This document shows, in pieces, positions 24,742 to 38,026 of a stretch of DNA of 64,000 nucleotides. A model generated the notes under the pieces. It saw nothing but the letters and a program-made list of their open reading frames with translations, had not been told where the DNA came from and made no database searches. The position numbers were made by a program, and so were the translations under genes. The first letter of the stretch is position 1. Each line of letters starts with the position of its first letter. Source of the DNA: Octopus bimaculoides (lineage: Eukaryota); assembly GCF_001194135.2 (NCBI RefSeq), contig NC_068983.1, positions 116,144,947-116,208,946 of the forward strand, read 5' to 3'.

Positions 24742-25094
24742 CAATGTCTTATAACAGACTTACTGAAAAATTGAAAACAATATTAATGCTTGATTAAACT
24801 TCCTTTATCCTAACATAATTATTTCTAGTTAGCATATTAAATACAAGGTAACTTAAATAGTTAACACTGAATTCACTATTGTTTTTCATGGAGATCATAC
24901 ATTCTCTAAACAGTTCCACTTTGCTACACCAACAAACTTACAAACTTGGTACTTCCAGTAGTTAGTGTATTGGGTTTGTGATTGCAAGCCTAGAGAGTGT
25001 CTATGTCTATGACTACATAGGTACCTAAGATAATTAGGGAAAGCTTGGTACATGCTACCAAATCAAACTTGTGAGTGAGCTATCTTATATATGT

Positions 25095-25570
25095 ATATGC
25101 TTCCAGTCAATAATCCTTTTCTTCCTTGGCTATCGCCGAGCAAACACGCGAACTTACTTCGTCCCCACTTTCAAGTTCGTGCCTCACAGCGTTCATACAC
25201 ATAATTTTTCCCGTCTGGCCGTATAGCCTTTTCTGTTTGTTTTCCTGTCTTGTTTTTTGTCCGCCACTACATTCCTCCATGGCAAGGTTTAATTTGTGTA
25301 TACAAATTTAATTTGCGGTCCATGGGAAGAGCCGTTTTAGCGATGCGTCCTGCCCAGCTCTTCGAAACGCCGGTGTTAAAACAGGGGTAGCTGATGAAGA
25401 AGAATGTTCTCTATGTGGCTTGTGTGTTTTCTCGTCTACGTTTTGTTTGCAATGTCCTGTACCCGGATATGCACCTATACATACAGGTGGATGTCGGTAT
25501 GCACATACCTGTACGTATATATACATATACTCATTTACTATTTGTTTATATATATATATATATATATATA
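25095..25570. mobile_element. Probable Penelope-like terminal fragment ending in (TA)n
   Basis: GC/CpG-rich island with CGAAAC-GCCGGT-GT and GCTGATGAAG words, abutting a microsatellite. Family call is inference. Confidence 0.3.
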
Positions 25571-26787
25571 TGAAACCAAGACTCAAACAGTTGATTAACT
25601 TAAACTTACTGCCATTCCTTTCACGAATGTTTCACCAATTATCTCTCTGTCATTCTCCCTCACTTTATATAACACAATCATCAACATTTAACATCTGTTT
25701 TCCATGTTGGTATGGGCTGGACAGTTTGACAGGTACTGGCAAGGCGAGGGGCTGTACCAGGCTCCATAGACTGTTTTGGTTTGGTATCTACAGCTGGATA
25801 CCCCTTCCTAACACCAACCACTTTACAGTGTACTGGGTACTTTTTATGTGACACCATCACCGATGCTTTTTATGTGATACCTTGGTTTTAAGGTCTCGAT
25901 TCTATTGTGTTGGGCTATCTTCTTGAGTACAGTGTAGATGAATATTCTATAACCAATATATTGAACAGTAACCATCAAAGATCTCCTCTTTAAAAACTGC
26001 ATTTAAATCATTATTTCTCAGTATTTCTAAAACAAAATATGGCTGTTCAATGAACATGTATGTCTTGCTGCAGTTTGGGTTTTACAAATTGATTTTAGTA
26101 AATTTATAATGAATTTGTTAGTGAATAATGCTTATTATTGATTTTAGAATCTTTATGTTAAGATATGATTTTTATGATTTATTCAGAGAAGGAACACAGA
26201 TTAGTGACCTGCTCTAAATGTTTCTAACAGTTTTGATTGCTAAAAGGCAGCCAATACCTAACCTAATGGTAGATTAAATCTAACAATATATGTACCTTAG
26301 GCCTAATGAAGTACAAAATTTTTGTCATAATTGGAATCTCAACTTGAATAAGAACAGTGGAAAAAGAAGATATACAAGATGAAAAAGCAAACACAAGATG
26401 GAATTCTATGACTATGAACAACTAAGATAGGGCACAAGCCTTATTTTAGCTGTCCCTATTATTTTTTTAATGTATATCCTATCCATCTATATTTCCATTC
26501 AGTACATAAAATCATCTCTATTTTGTTAAAAGCCTTAAACAATATAATAAAATATAAACAAGATAAAGAAAACCAATAATTCTAAGAAACTAAAATCGGG
26601 TCACACCTCTGACACTGGAGAATTAAGTAATTTTGCTACGCCGCTGTGGTTGTGGGACTATTGTCTAGAATGCCAGGGATTCAAATCATGGTATAACACA
26701 TGCACCGTTCTGTCTCTCTGAGAAATACTGTTTCAGGGTGGTGTTTCTTTTATGTAACAATCACTAGCATTTTGATGTATGTTTCAA

Positions 26788-26816
26788 TTGATGAGGTCAT
26801 TAGACCAAAACATGTC
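26788..26816 (+). ncRNA. Decayed hammerhead-like motif
   Basis: TTGATGA-GGTC-atta-GACC-AAAAC-AT-GT-C: perfect stem II, palindromic ACATGT, GUC. Core has C3>T and G12>A, and stem I does not pair. Confidence 0.35.
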
Positions 26817-27949
26817 TCCCCTACTTGGCAAGGGGGGAGGGGGAAGTCACTAATATTTTTTTCCCTCACCACTATAATAATTTTTTCTTTACTTTTTGAG
26901 CTTGGAGGAAGGGTCAGTGACCATGATCTTCACTGGTCCTTCTGTGGCTGGTGACATTGATGATACTAATGTTCTTAAACTGTTGTAAATTGACTTCTGT
27001 GTGTATGACATAAGCAGGGAGAAAATTCTAGGAGTCAGCATAGGAGGAAGGGGAATGTTTTAGTTAGTTTTTTAATGGTTCCTGCATTAAATGTATTAAT
27101 TCTAATGTAAGTGATGTTTAGTATATGCCGGATGCATATAGCATTCCCACAGACATTTTATGTGGTTAATGTTACTTTAAGTGCAGTTTTTTTTTTAAAA
27201 AGGAAATCCTTTGATGGGTATTGCTAAATATATTAGTTTTAAAATATTCATTTACATTGTGATATATGTTTAGTGAAGTGAGTTGTGAGAGAGGAGGGCT
27301 CTGAGAGAGAGAGAGAGAGAGAGAGGATGGGTGAAACAGTGGTGAAAGGGTTGGTGGTAAGTTTGCGTGAATTGAGTTATGCAAAAACTGCTAAGAGTCC
27401 TATAATCCAACAAAACTGCTAAAATCAGATAACAAGCTACATTTAAAAGAAAAATTCTCAGAAAAGCATATTAAATAAAAGAGCTATTTTTATTTTTACA
27501 ATTTTACTTCATACAATTAACATTCAACAAAGTACAAGCTTTAACATGAAAGTTTATTGATTTACTCTGTAAAATAGTCAGCTATCATTGTTCTTATGTG
27601 AGATGATTTAAATGAAGAGAATTTATTTATTTCTAGAGTGTGTGGTCTTGGCTTGCTTTCAACTAGTAGCAACTAGTTGAAACTAGTAGTCATTGAATGT
27701 TACTTAAATTGCAGTGTGCTTAAAAAAGTGTAAAAAAAAAAAAAATTAAGTACAATCAAGATCAGCAGTGAAATAAAGTCATAGATGAGGTTTTATTGGT
27801 TAAACTGGTTTAATTGGTTTGAATTTATGCAAAAAGCTTAGTTTCGAAATGTTTATCATGTCTCAGTTGTTTTGAGCTCTGGAAAAGCAGTTTTCTTAAC
27901 ATCTTGTATGGCTTTAGCTGGGCTAAAGGAACTGTACCCAAGATATATG

Positions 27950-28270
27950 CAAGTTTTCCAATACTGGTGTGATTGATACAGTCAAAACTTGTAGAGAAAA
28001 TGTGGGTGAGAAGGGAGTTCTAGAGGGTTGACGGCAAGAAAGGTTTGGGAAAAGTGTTGGTCTTAGAAGGAGAGAGACAGGTGAGTATGGGTTGAGCTGG
28101 TATGCAACTAGCTAACTCTATATTGCAGTGTACATTGTATTGTCAGTAGTAAAGGCAGTGTGAGTCCTTGGCAATCAGCTGGATTGATGTTTTTTTTAGA
28201 TGCAGTGTTGTCCCAGATGTAGATGAGGCATTTTATTATGAGTCTCAGTTGAGCATAGTAAAGAAAGTCA
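27950..28270 (-). mobile_element. CR1/Jockey-group LINE 3' remnant (tentative)
   Basis: Highly decayed, similar to 61260-61760. Confidence 0.35.
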
Positions 28271-29811
28271 GCAACTATTGGAGTGAATTGGTTTGGACAG
28301 AAATATGCAAGACATAACCTTCATTAATTAAGAAATGCTATGTTTTTAAGTAATGTACAATTTAGTCATGCAGCAGAACAAAACTGGTTCTGTTTAGAAT
28401 TAATTCTTAAATATTTGTTAAGTATGATTCACTTGGATGATTTTAGATAATTTTAGTTAGAGACCCAAGCAAACCCAAAAAAGGAGTTTAGAGACCCAAG
28501 CAATCCAAAAAAGGAATTTATAGATAATTCCATTATCTATAAATGGAATTTATGCGTGATGAAGCAACTGCACTGTTTATTGTGCTGTAAGTGTAGTTTA
28601 TATATCTAGTGAGTTATATATAAACCCCTGCTGTTTGTACTGGCTTTGAATACTTTTATATAGTAACTTGAGATAACAAGCATACATAGAAGAACTTAGA
28701 TTTAAATCTTTTGGGGTGGGCCTACCTCATTTTATAATTACTGTCCCCTTTTGTGTATTTCTAAAATGAGAACACACACAAAACTCAGATGTCTGTAAAA
28801 GGAATTAAGCACATATGCATGCACACTATCTTTCAGTAATTTGATTGTAATAATTGAACTTGTTCCACTAATATTGCATTGTTTAAAATATTTCTATAAC
28901 TATATCTATCTTGTTAGCTTTGAAACTGTGGAGATATATATATATATATATAAAGAAAAGGAAAATAGGTCAGCTTTTATCTCCGCTATTTTCTCTGCTG
29001 TGGGATGCAGTTATCACAGTGAGATAGCCCTTAGTTATTATTTTTTTGCTTCTTTCTTTTAAAGAATAATAATGGAAATTAAATATATTTGGTTAAATAA
29101 CCTTAGAGCAGTTGTATTTGAATTATAGCCACATTTAAGAAAAAAAGATATTGATAACAGTACCATTTTTGTGATAGTCTACTTTTTACTGTAACATTAT
29201 TGATCTTTGTTTCAAATGGAAATAAATTGAAACATCAGTTATATGACAAACATTGACTTAAACTTCTGGCAGATGAAGTCTGACAATTTTATTTTGATTA
29301 TATGTATCAAATGAGAAATATTTAACAGCCACAAAGTCACAGATTTCCATTATTATAAAAACATGACAAAAAAGAAAAGGAAGAAAAATGTCAAATTTAG
29401 TTCTATATTTTAATACTTAAGAGCATTGACTCATAATTTGTAAAATGAAGTAGTTTAAAAAACTACTTTTTATTTTCTGAAAAAGTGGCCTTGCATAATT
29501 GAGAATGAGTCCATAAAATTTTTTAAAAAGTTCATTTACACAGTGAGGGGTCTTAAAATAGTTCATTTTCTTTTAAAAAATCATTGCCTGACTAAGGCAT
29601 TGCTCATCTTAGCCCGTAAAATCTTTCAGCTGATACCAGAACAGTGAAGTAGTGAGTAATTTTAAAATGTAGTTCACTTTTGAAAGCAGCTTGCCAAAGA
29701 TCACCTCTGGTTCATTGATGCAAAAGCATCTGTTTTCAAGTTTTTATTTTAAGACTGAACTTTCTTTCACAATTTTATACAAGAAATTTTTGTTATATTA
29801 TAAATGCCAAC

Positions 29812-30036
29812 TTAACTCTTTAGCATTTAGATTTCTCTGTCAAATGTAATGCTTATTTATTCACACTGTTTTGAATTAATCCTGCATTACCTTGTAGCTT
29901 TGAGATGTCAATGATGTAATTGTTTATTTTTAGAATAATATTGTAGGGTAAGTGTGAGAAACCAGATCTGACTAGTTTGAAAATGAAACAAATTATTTTG
30001 GCTGGATTATTGCTGGTTTAAATGCTATAGGGTTAA
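29812..30036. mobile_element. TTAA-flanked (piggyBac-type) MITE
   Basis: Ends ttaactctttagcattta and taaatgctatagggttaa; homologous copies at 39315-39540 and 60134-60357. Confidence 0.7.
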
Positions 30037-30849
30037 TATAGAAATTAATGTAAAAATTATTTTACTAGATACAATGAAATTCTTGATTACTTTTAAAATT
30101 GATAGAAACCTATAAAAAAGCTGTGTATTTGATTAGAAATATTATCACGAGACTGTTAAGCATTTTTAAAAGTTCATAAGAATGTCTTGCACAGTAGCTA
30201 TTGTTAAAATATCTTTGCCTTCGCAAGTAAACATATTTTGATTAAAATTACAATGTACTATCATGGAAATCATTAGTCTCTTGAAAAGTATACAAAAAAC
30301 TGAAATTCATTAAAAAAATTTAAGAATAAAATCTTTAAAAAAAATCAATATCTATCTATATCTAACAGTAAAATATTATTAGGCATAGTATCAAATACAA
30401 TGAACTGGTTTCAATTTTCAGTTGATACTACTTTGAAAGTTCTTTGGAAAGGTACAGATGTTACATCATCCTATCCCCCCTCCCCTCTTGAAAAAAATTC
30501 ATGCCTGTGCAAGAAATTCTTCCTTGGTGATGATTTTATGATTGGTAAAGAGCCAACAGTGTGGTTTATGATATCCAGAATTAGGTGTATCAATGTTGAC
30601 TTTTTTATACTCTCTTTTGTTTACAATATCTGGCCTCATGCCTAATGAAAAGAAATTATTGTCACTTCATATGTTTACTGACATATATCTTATAGATAGA
30701 TCTATGTTTACTGGCATATATTTTATTCATAGATATTTGTGTATGACTCCACAGCAGCCTAGTTGAATTAATGGACAATTTGATGAATTTTTGTGTTCAA
30801 ATCTAGATCGACTTGACTTAAATATTTGTCTTTTGCTTGAAGCTGTTGC

Positions 30850-32990
30850 TTATCTTCAGCTATGGTTATGGTTTAAGAAATGAGGAGGGTGTTGTTTATC
30901 TTCAGTTATGGTTATGGCTTGAAAAATGAAGAGGGTGTAAGGCTCCTTGAATTCTGTGATGCAACTAATCTAATAATAAGCAACATACACCTTAAGAAAT
31001 TGGCCAGCCACCTCATCACCTACCAATCTGGCAAACACACAAGTCAGAAAGATTACATTCTCATCAGGAAATGGGATAGAAGGACTATTGGAAATTATAA
31101 GAACCTTTCCTGGTGAAGAGTGCACTATGCAACATAGGTTAGAGGCTGGTGACTTCAGATCAAAGCTAGGCAGTCACAGAAACAAAAGATAACATGGAGA
31201 AGGAAGGTGAGAATTTCTATAAAATAACTTGCTAAAGGTTACAGATTAGACTTGCGACTGATGCAAAGTGCCAACTGAACCAACCAAAGGTAACATGGTA
31301 GTAGAAAGATAAGGTTGATAGGACAGCAAAGGCTAAGACGCTGGTTTGGAAAGCCTGGAAGGAATGTGGTAATAGGGAGTATAACTTAATGGCTAGAAGG
31401 GCAGTTAGGTGACTGGTGTACTTGGTTAAAAGTGAGGTAGAAAGGAAGAGATTTGCATGTGTCCTGTACCATGAACGTCAGAGGTGAGAAGTGCATTTGG
31501 TATGACAAAGACATTCTCATCATAAATGTGGAAGACAAAAAAGTGGCTTGGAAGTGTTTATTATGTGAAACTGCTGAACATTGAGAACGCAGGGGATAAA
31601 CAGGGGCTACCTCATGCTGGCCCAACATAGGGACCAGCAATTCAAGTTGACAACAGTATGGTAAGTAAAATGATTAAGGACATGAAGGGAGGCAAAGCTG
31701 TGAGTCCATCAGAGATGTTCAAAATATATGGTGAGGTAGGATACATGATTACCATCTATATCAATGGTTCTCAATCAGGGTCCATATTAGATTTTGTTAA
31801 AATTTGTTTCCAATAAATTGGTTATATATTTCCACAATACACAAAATATTTTAATTTTTTTATGTGATTTCTAATATTTAATTATGAATATATAATAGGA
31901 TTTTTTTTTAACATTGAATGGCTAAGAGGGTTCATCCAAGTATAATAAGAATCAAAGAGGTTCATAGGTAAAGAATGGTTGAGAAAAACTGATCTAGATA
32001 GTTAAACTAAGTCATACAAGAAGGTGTCATTCTCTGTGACATTGTAAACTGTAATAAAGGCAAAGCGATGCCTTAGAAAGAAGCAAGTATAAAGGTATCA
32101 GACTACTAGATCAGGTTATGACGGTCATGGAGAGAATAATAGCATAATTGATCCATGATAGAGTAGACCTAGATGAGATGCAGTTTGGCTTTGCCTTGGA
32201 AGAGATACCACAAACGCAGTCTTTCTAGTTAGACAGCTACAGAAGAAATACTTGACTGGGTACCGTCTTCAGTAATCTGGTGGTCATAGAAGCGACTAGG
32301 TGTAGATAGATAGCTTCTAAGAGTTGTACAAGCTATATACAAAAATGGAGTAACTAAAGTGAGAATTGGCAATGACTTCAGTGATGAAGGTAGGAGACCT
32401 TCCATGAAGGTCCTATACGCAGATGATCCAGTTCTTATAGATGAGTTTATGGGGGAGTTAGAGAAGAATTCCAAGCATGGAAACAAAAACTAGAATCAAG
32501 TGGCCACAAAAAAAGACAGGACCCTGGTACCTTCAAGGAAATGTCCTTGTTTGATATGCAGAAAAGAGTAAGGTATAAACTCCATATGCTACTTGATGTA
32601 AGCTATGGACATACAAGATATAGTGGAATCACAGGCAGACTAGCAGAAAAGATAAGCTTCATACGTGATAGATGCACTAGAGCAGTATGTAGGAACAGAC
32701 CAGAAATGGTTTCTCTTAAATGCCTGGATGGCTCATTAGTAGTTGATAGCTATTATTACCTAGGAGATGTAATTAGCAAGGGAGATGGTTGCTCTGATGT
32801 ACAGTAAGCAGAGTAAGAATGGGTTGGGAAAAAAAATCAGGGAGCTACTACTGCTGCTGACAACAGAGATCTTTTCCCTTAAAGTAAAGGGCAGATGGTA
32901 TGATGCAGAAGAGGGAGACCCCAGGAAGACATGGGATTAGGTGGTGAAAGCCAAGCCTCATAAAAGAAATGACGAAGGACTCAGATGGCT
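30850..32990 (+). mobile_element. Decayed RTE-clade LINE (APE endonuclease to RT), with a nested MITE
   Basis: GYGLKNEEGVRLLEFCDATNL...HLITYQSG (APE), then DEMQFGF, LLYADD-like and SLKCLDGSLVVDSYYYLGDVI motifs, all frameshifted. Confidence 0.85.
31762..31991. mobile_element. Older hAT MITE inserted in an RTE LINE
   Basis: TIRs caatggttctcaa and ttgagaaaaactg; TSD atctatat/atctagat; homologous to 39577-39807. Confidence 0.75.
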
Positions 32991-33692
32991 GGCAATTCCT
33001 CACTTGTTATACAACATTTATTAATACTGTTCTCTCCACTTAAGTTTTTATTGATCACCCCTCACTCTCACTGTGCCACCAAATAATCTCTCCTCACCCA
33101 CCACCATGTCTCACTCTACTCATACACTACACTTGTCTCTCCCTTCCATCCACTTCTTGCAACCTACCCCATAGCATGTCATTTCACTTTTTTCTTTCTG
33201 TCTCCTGTCCATCATTTCTATTCTGCTACTCTGCACTATTAGACTTCCTTGACTCCCCACTCCCAAAACCTGTGTCCCATTTCATTCCTGTTCACTTCAC
33301 ACCTCAAGGGGCCACTGATATCTCATTATCACTATTTTTTTTACTGCTTTTCACCTCCACTCTCTCTTCTAAAATGCAAGTAGTCATGTAGCTCCTCTAC
33401 AGCAAGAAACCTGTTCTACTTCAGCCCTTTTTTATCCCATACATTTACCCATCTCTACTGCTCATTCTCCTACCAGAAAGTTGCCCCTTCCTTCCTTGCG
33501 GTTTGTAATCTTGCAAGCTACATGGCAACCTCACAGTACATGCTGGAAAGTGGTTGGCATTAGGAAGGACATCCAGCCATAGAAACCATGCCAAAGCAGC
33601 CACTGGAGCATGATGCAGTCCATGGGATTATTGGATTCTGTGAAACCAACCCACGCCAGCATGTAATATGGATGTTAAATGATGATGGTATA

Positions 33693-34981
33693 CGAGGGGG
33701 TAACCAAAAGTAACTGGAAATGTTCTCTATGGGACAAGCCCATGGTAGTTCAGGCCTTGGCTATTAGAAGTCACTTGATGCAACCCTCAGGCATCAGTCT
33801 GCTGACATGCATTGTCCAGTGGTGTCATACTGCCATTTGATGCATCTTTGCTTTGCCATGCTTCTTCCCTGTTTCTCAACTTTTGCATTGGCTGAAATGA
33901 AGGAACAGCATGCTTCTGTGAAATTCTATTTTCTACTGGGGAAAATGATAGCCGAAGCAGTTGTCATGCTTCAAACAGCTTACAAGGCCACTGCCATGAG
34001 CAAAACACAAGTTTACCATGGTTTTCATGCTCTAGGAATGGTCACTTGTCGCTTGAGAACCAACCTGGTTCAGGGTGACTGTTGACCTCCTCAATGAATG
34101 AAAACATCTGAAAACACATGAACTGATCTTGGAGGACTGTCACTGAACAACTAATGAACTTGTCAATATGACTGGTATGTCCTGGAGCTCCTTCCAATAA
34201 ATTCTGAGTGAGTGTGGAATTGTGTATGAAAAGAGTTGCAGCAAAATTTGTGCCTTGCTTGCTCACAGAAGATCAACAGCAGTCACAACTGAATGCATGT
34301 TGTGAACTAAATAAACAGTTGGAAGTTGATCCAGACCTTTTTTCAAAGGTCGTCACTGGTGATGAAAGCTGGCGCTATGGGATTTGCAGATGTGGAAGAG
34401 GCGAGGAAAAAGATGATTGAAGCGTTAATAGGCATCACTTTGCAAGAGTTCCAGCACTGCTTTGAACAGTGGGAAACGTGTCTGGACTGATGCATTCCTT
34501 CGAATTTGACGATACTTTGAATGTGATAAAAGTAAAGGCGTAGGAGTGGCTGTGTGGTAAGTAGCTTGCTTACCAACCACATGGTCCCGGGTTCAGTCCC
34601 ACTGCGTGGCACCTTGGGCAAGTGTCTTCTACTATAGCCTCGGGCCGACCAAAGCCTTGTGAGTGGATTTGGTAGACGGAAACTGAAAGAAGGCCGTCGT
34701 ATATATGTATATATNNNNNNNNNNGTTTGTCCCCCCAACATCGCTTGACAACCGATGCTGGTGTGTTTATGTCCCCGTAACTTAGCGGTTCAGCAAAAGA
34801 GACCGATAGAATAAGTACTAGGTTTCTAAAGAATAAGTCCTGGGGTCGATTTGCTCGACTAAAGGCGGTGCTCCAGCATGGCCACAGTCAAAAGACTGAA
34901 ACAAATAAAAGAGTAAAAGAATATGTAAAACTAAGTGAATAAAATAATGCAAAATTCTGGTTTCTTTTGGGTACTCCCTTG
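33693..34981 (+). mobile_element. Internally deleted mariner element of the same family, with a nested SINE
   Basis: TA-flanked TIRs cgagggggtaaccaaaagtaactggaa and ttctggtttcttttgggtactcccttg. HTH remnant MKEQHASVKFYFLLGK...; MKRVAAKFVPCLLT...TGDESW. Confidence 0.88.
34537..34920 (+). mobile_element. SINE family A nested in a mariner element
   Basis: Full-length copy interrupting mariner sequence that is continuous in the 1012-1667 copy. Confidence 0.9.
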
Positions 34982-35119
34982 TATGCCCATTTCATATTGT
35001 AAGCACCAGTTAGCATCCAGTCGCTGAAGTTAACCTTTCCAGTACTGAAATAGCTGACCACTTGCAAAACCTAGGTGGTGTTAGCATCACAGTACTAATA
35101 GTAAAACGGTATATATATA

Positions 35120-35385
35120 TATCGTTGCCAGTGCCCCTGGACTGGCTCTTGTGCGGGTGGCACATAAAAGACACCACTTCGAGCGTGGCCGTTTTCGCGC
35201 GGGTGACACGTAAAAACACCCACTACACTCTCTGAGTGGTTGGCATTAGGAAGGGCATCCAGCTGTAGAAACTCTGCCAAATTAGATTGGAGCCTGGTGT
35301 TGCCATCCTGTTTCACCAGTCCTCAGTCAAATCGTCCAACCCATGCTAGCATGGAAAGCGGACGTTAAACGATGATGATGATGAT
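35120..35385 (+). mobile_element. Repeat family C: SINE-like or 5'-truncated RTE 3' end with (GAT)n tail
   Basis: gttggcattaggaagggcatccagctgtagaaac...catggaaagcggacgttaaacgatgatgatg. Related copies at about 5262-5660(-), 25675-25900(-), 33540-33690(+), 35905-36250(-), 40585-40800(-) and 16826-16870 (tail only). Confidence 0.8.
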
Positions 35386-35717
35386 ATATATAAATATGTC
35401 AAAAAGGCAACTTTGGATGTATTGTTAGAGTGTCAACTACTACGTGGTTTACTTTTGAGAGGACCCCTCATATGGACACATTGCATAAAAGTACACATTT
35501 ATATTGCTGGCAAATGAGTATCATCTTTGGCCACTGGAACTACTAGATCATGTGATGTTGGTGTTCCCTGTTTCTTCAGTGGTAGACGTCCAACAGCCAC
35601 ATACCAGTCAGATCTCACTGCCTGCAATATTTGTGACATCAGTAACTTTTCAGGCACTAATGTTGTAAATGGCCAGTAGGCCTATTAAAAAAAAATATTA
35701 TTGACAATAAAAACAGT

Positions 35718-35890
35718 ATTAATCCCAAAAAGCAATCTTTATATCCACCTTAATACATGGATGTATTGTTAGAGCACTGAATACTGTATTACTTACCTTG
35801 AAAGGACCTCTCATATGAATGCATAGTGCATAAAAGTACACTTATATCAATATGTTAAGTTGGATATAAAGATTGCCTTTTGGGATTAAT
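35718..35890. mobile_element. Small MITE with about 40-bp TIRs
   Basis: attaatcccaaaaagcaatctttatatccaccttaa and ttaagttggatataaagattgccttttgggattaat are near-perfect inverted repeats. The internal part is also present, diverged, at about 35415-35510. Confidence 0.65.
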
Positions 35891-36711
35891 GTTGCTAATA
35901 TATATATCATCATCACCATCACTTAGCATCTGCTTTCCATGCTGGCATAGGCTGGATGGTTTGACAGAAGCTGGCCAGGCAGAAGGCTGCATGAGACTTC
36001 TGTGTCTGTTTTGGCATGGTTTTTATGGCTGGATGCCCTTCCTAACACCAACCACCCTGCAGTGTGGACTGAGTGCTTTTTGCATGGCACAAGTACAGGC
36101 AGTGTCAGTTTTGGCATGGTTGTTACAGATGAGTGCCCTTCCAAATGTCAACCATTTTACAGTGTGGACTGGATGCTTTTTACATGGCACCAACACTGGC
36201 AAGATCACCAAGTAACTTGCAAGATAAAGATCCTTTGAGAGGGAAGTGGGTATCAGAGGAGGTGATCTTGTACCAGATGATGAAATGTTAGAGTGTGACA
36301 CAGAAACAGGAGGCACATGGTTACCCAGCCAGAGGGAGAGAGAGTGATCAAGAATGAGGACAGGAAAATGAAAATGTTTTGGTATTATTTATTCTCCATT
36401 ACATGTGTTTCATTTGCTAATAAGAATTACAAAGGTTTACATGTTAGATAGACATTTAAGGAATTTCCTATTAGACATTCATCTGACAGGAAACTTATAA
36501 TACAAAAATCACATTTGGATGAAGTGTTTCTATTTGGATATTAATCAACAGTTGTACAAATAGTCTCAGTGAAATTAATAACACCAAAATTATCAATTTT
36601 AATATGAATTTTGACCTACATACAGCAGCAACTATAGCTACATATTAATTGTAATAGTGGAATAAGCAGATGTGTTTCAAGAGGAAACAGCTGTTATTAA
36701 CCCTAACCACT

Positions 36712-36913
36712 TACTCTTTTACTTGTTTCAGTCTTTTGACTGTGGCCATGCTGGAGCACCGCTTTTAGTCGAGCAAATCAACCCCAGGACTTATTCTTTG
36801 GAAGCCTAGTACTTATTCTATAGGTCTCTTTTGCCGAACTGCTAAGTTACGGGTACGTAAACACACCCGCATCGGTTGTCAAGCGATGTTGGCGGGACAA
36901 ACANNNNNNNNNN

Positions 36914-36956
<43 letters not shown>

Positions 36957-37122
36957 TACGACAGGCTTCTTTTCAGTTTCCGTCTACCAAATCCACTCAC
37001 AAGGCTTTGGTTGGCCCGAGGCTATAGTAGAAGACACTTGCCGAAGATGCCACGCAGTGGGACTGAACCCGGAACCATGTGGTTAGTAAGCAAGCTACTT
37101 ACCACACAGGCACTCCTACACC
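36712..37122 (-). mobile_element. SINE family A
   Basis: Near-identical reverse-complement copy with internal (TA)n and an N-gap. Confidence 0.9.
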
Positions 37123-37648
37123 TACTTATATATAATTTTTTTGACTAATGGTTTATGTCAATTAGTGTGTTGAGTAAAGCACATTTTGGGCTACCTGGTG
37201 TCATCCACAGTTGGGGCATATGTCTGCTGGATCTACATCAGGAATTTCACAGTGTTAGTTGAGATAATAATAATTGATGAAGTAAATTGGAAGATAGATT
37301 TAGCACTATTCTTTATTTAGTATGATGATCATTTTGAACCCATCCTGAAACTGTCTGTAATGGGTAGGATTTTGTGCATCTAATAATGTTACATCAGTCT
37401 GTGCAGTTTGTATCATATCAGGTACATGCATAAAGAAGGCAATGCCTCACAAAATATACTGAGATGTCCTAGGCATGTACCTAATGTGACACAAACTGCA
37501 CAGATTGATGCAGTACTACTAGATGCACAAAATCCCACTCATAAGGGACAGTTGCAGGATGGGTCGAAATGATTGTTGCACTAAATAAAGACCAGTGCTA
37601 AATCTATCTTCCGTTTGCTTCATCAATTATTATTATTATAATATCTGA

Positions 37649-37865
37649 AGGCGGTGAGCTGGCAGAATTGTTAGCACACTGGGCGAAATGCTAAGTGGTA
37701 TTTTGTCTGCTGCTAAGTTCTGAGTCCAAATTCCTCTGAGGTCGGCTTTGCCTTTCATCCTTTCAGGATAAATGAAGTACCAGTGAAACAGTAGGGTTGA
37801 TGTGATTGATTAGTCCTCTACTCCAAAATTTCAAGACCCTGTGTCTTCAGTAGAAAGGGTTATTA
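37649..37865 (+). mobile_element. SINE family B
   Basis: ggcggtgagctggcagaattgttagcac...gctttgcctttcatcctttc...gtaccag, AAT-type tail. Confidence 0.8.
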
Positions 37866-37867
37866 TA

Positions 37868-37907
<40 letters not shown>

Positions 37908-37979
37908 ATAAGGATTTACTTTTCATAATGAGATAAAAAACCAAGGCTGTGTATAATATAGAACATTTATAAATAGAAT

Positions 37980-38026
37980 GTCTTACAGCTGTTTCCAGGG
38001 TATTTATTATATCCTTCATCAGAGAC
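37980..38026 (-). ncRNA. Minimal type I hammerhead-ribozyme-like motif at a Penelope-like element end
   Basis: Minus strand reads GTCT-CTGATGA-AGGATAT-aataa-ATACCCT-G-GAAA-CAGCTGT-A-AGAC: intact core, palindromic ACAGCTGT stem III, GUA triplet, 4-bp stem I. Confidence 0.65.
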
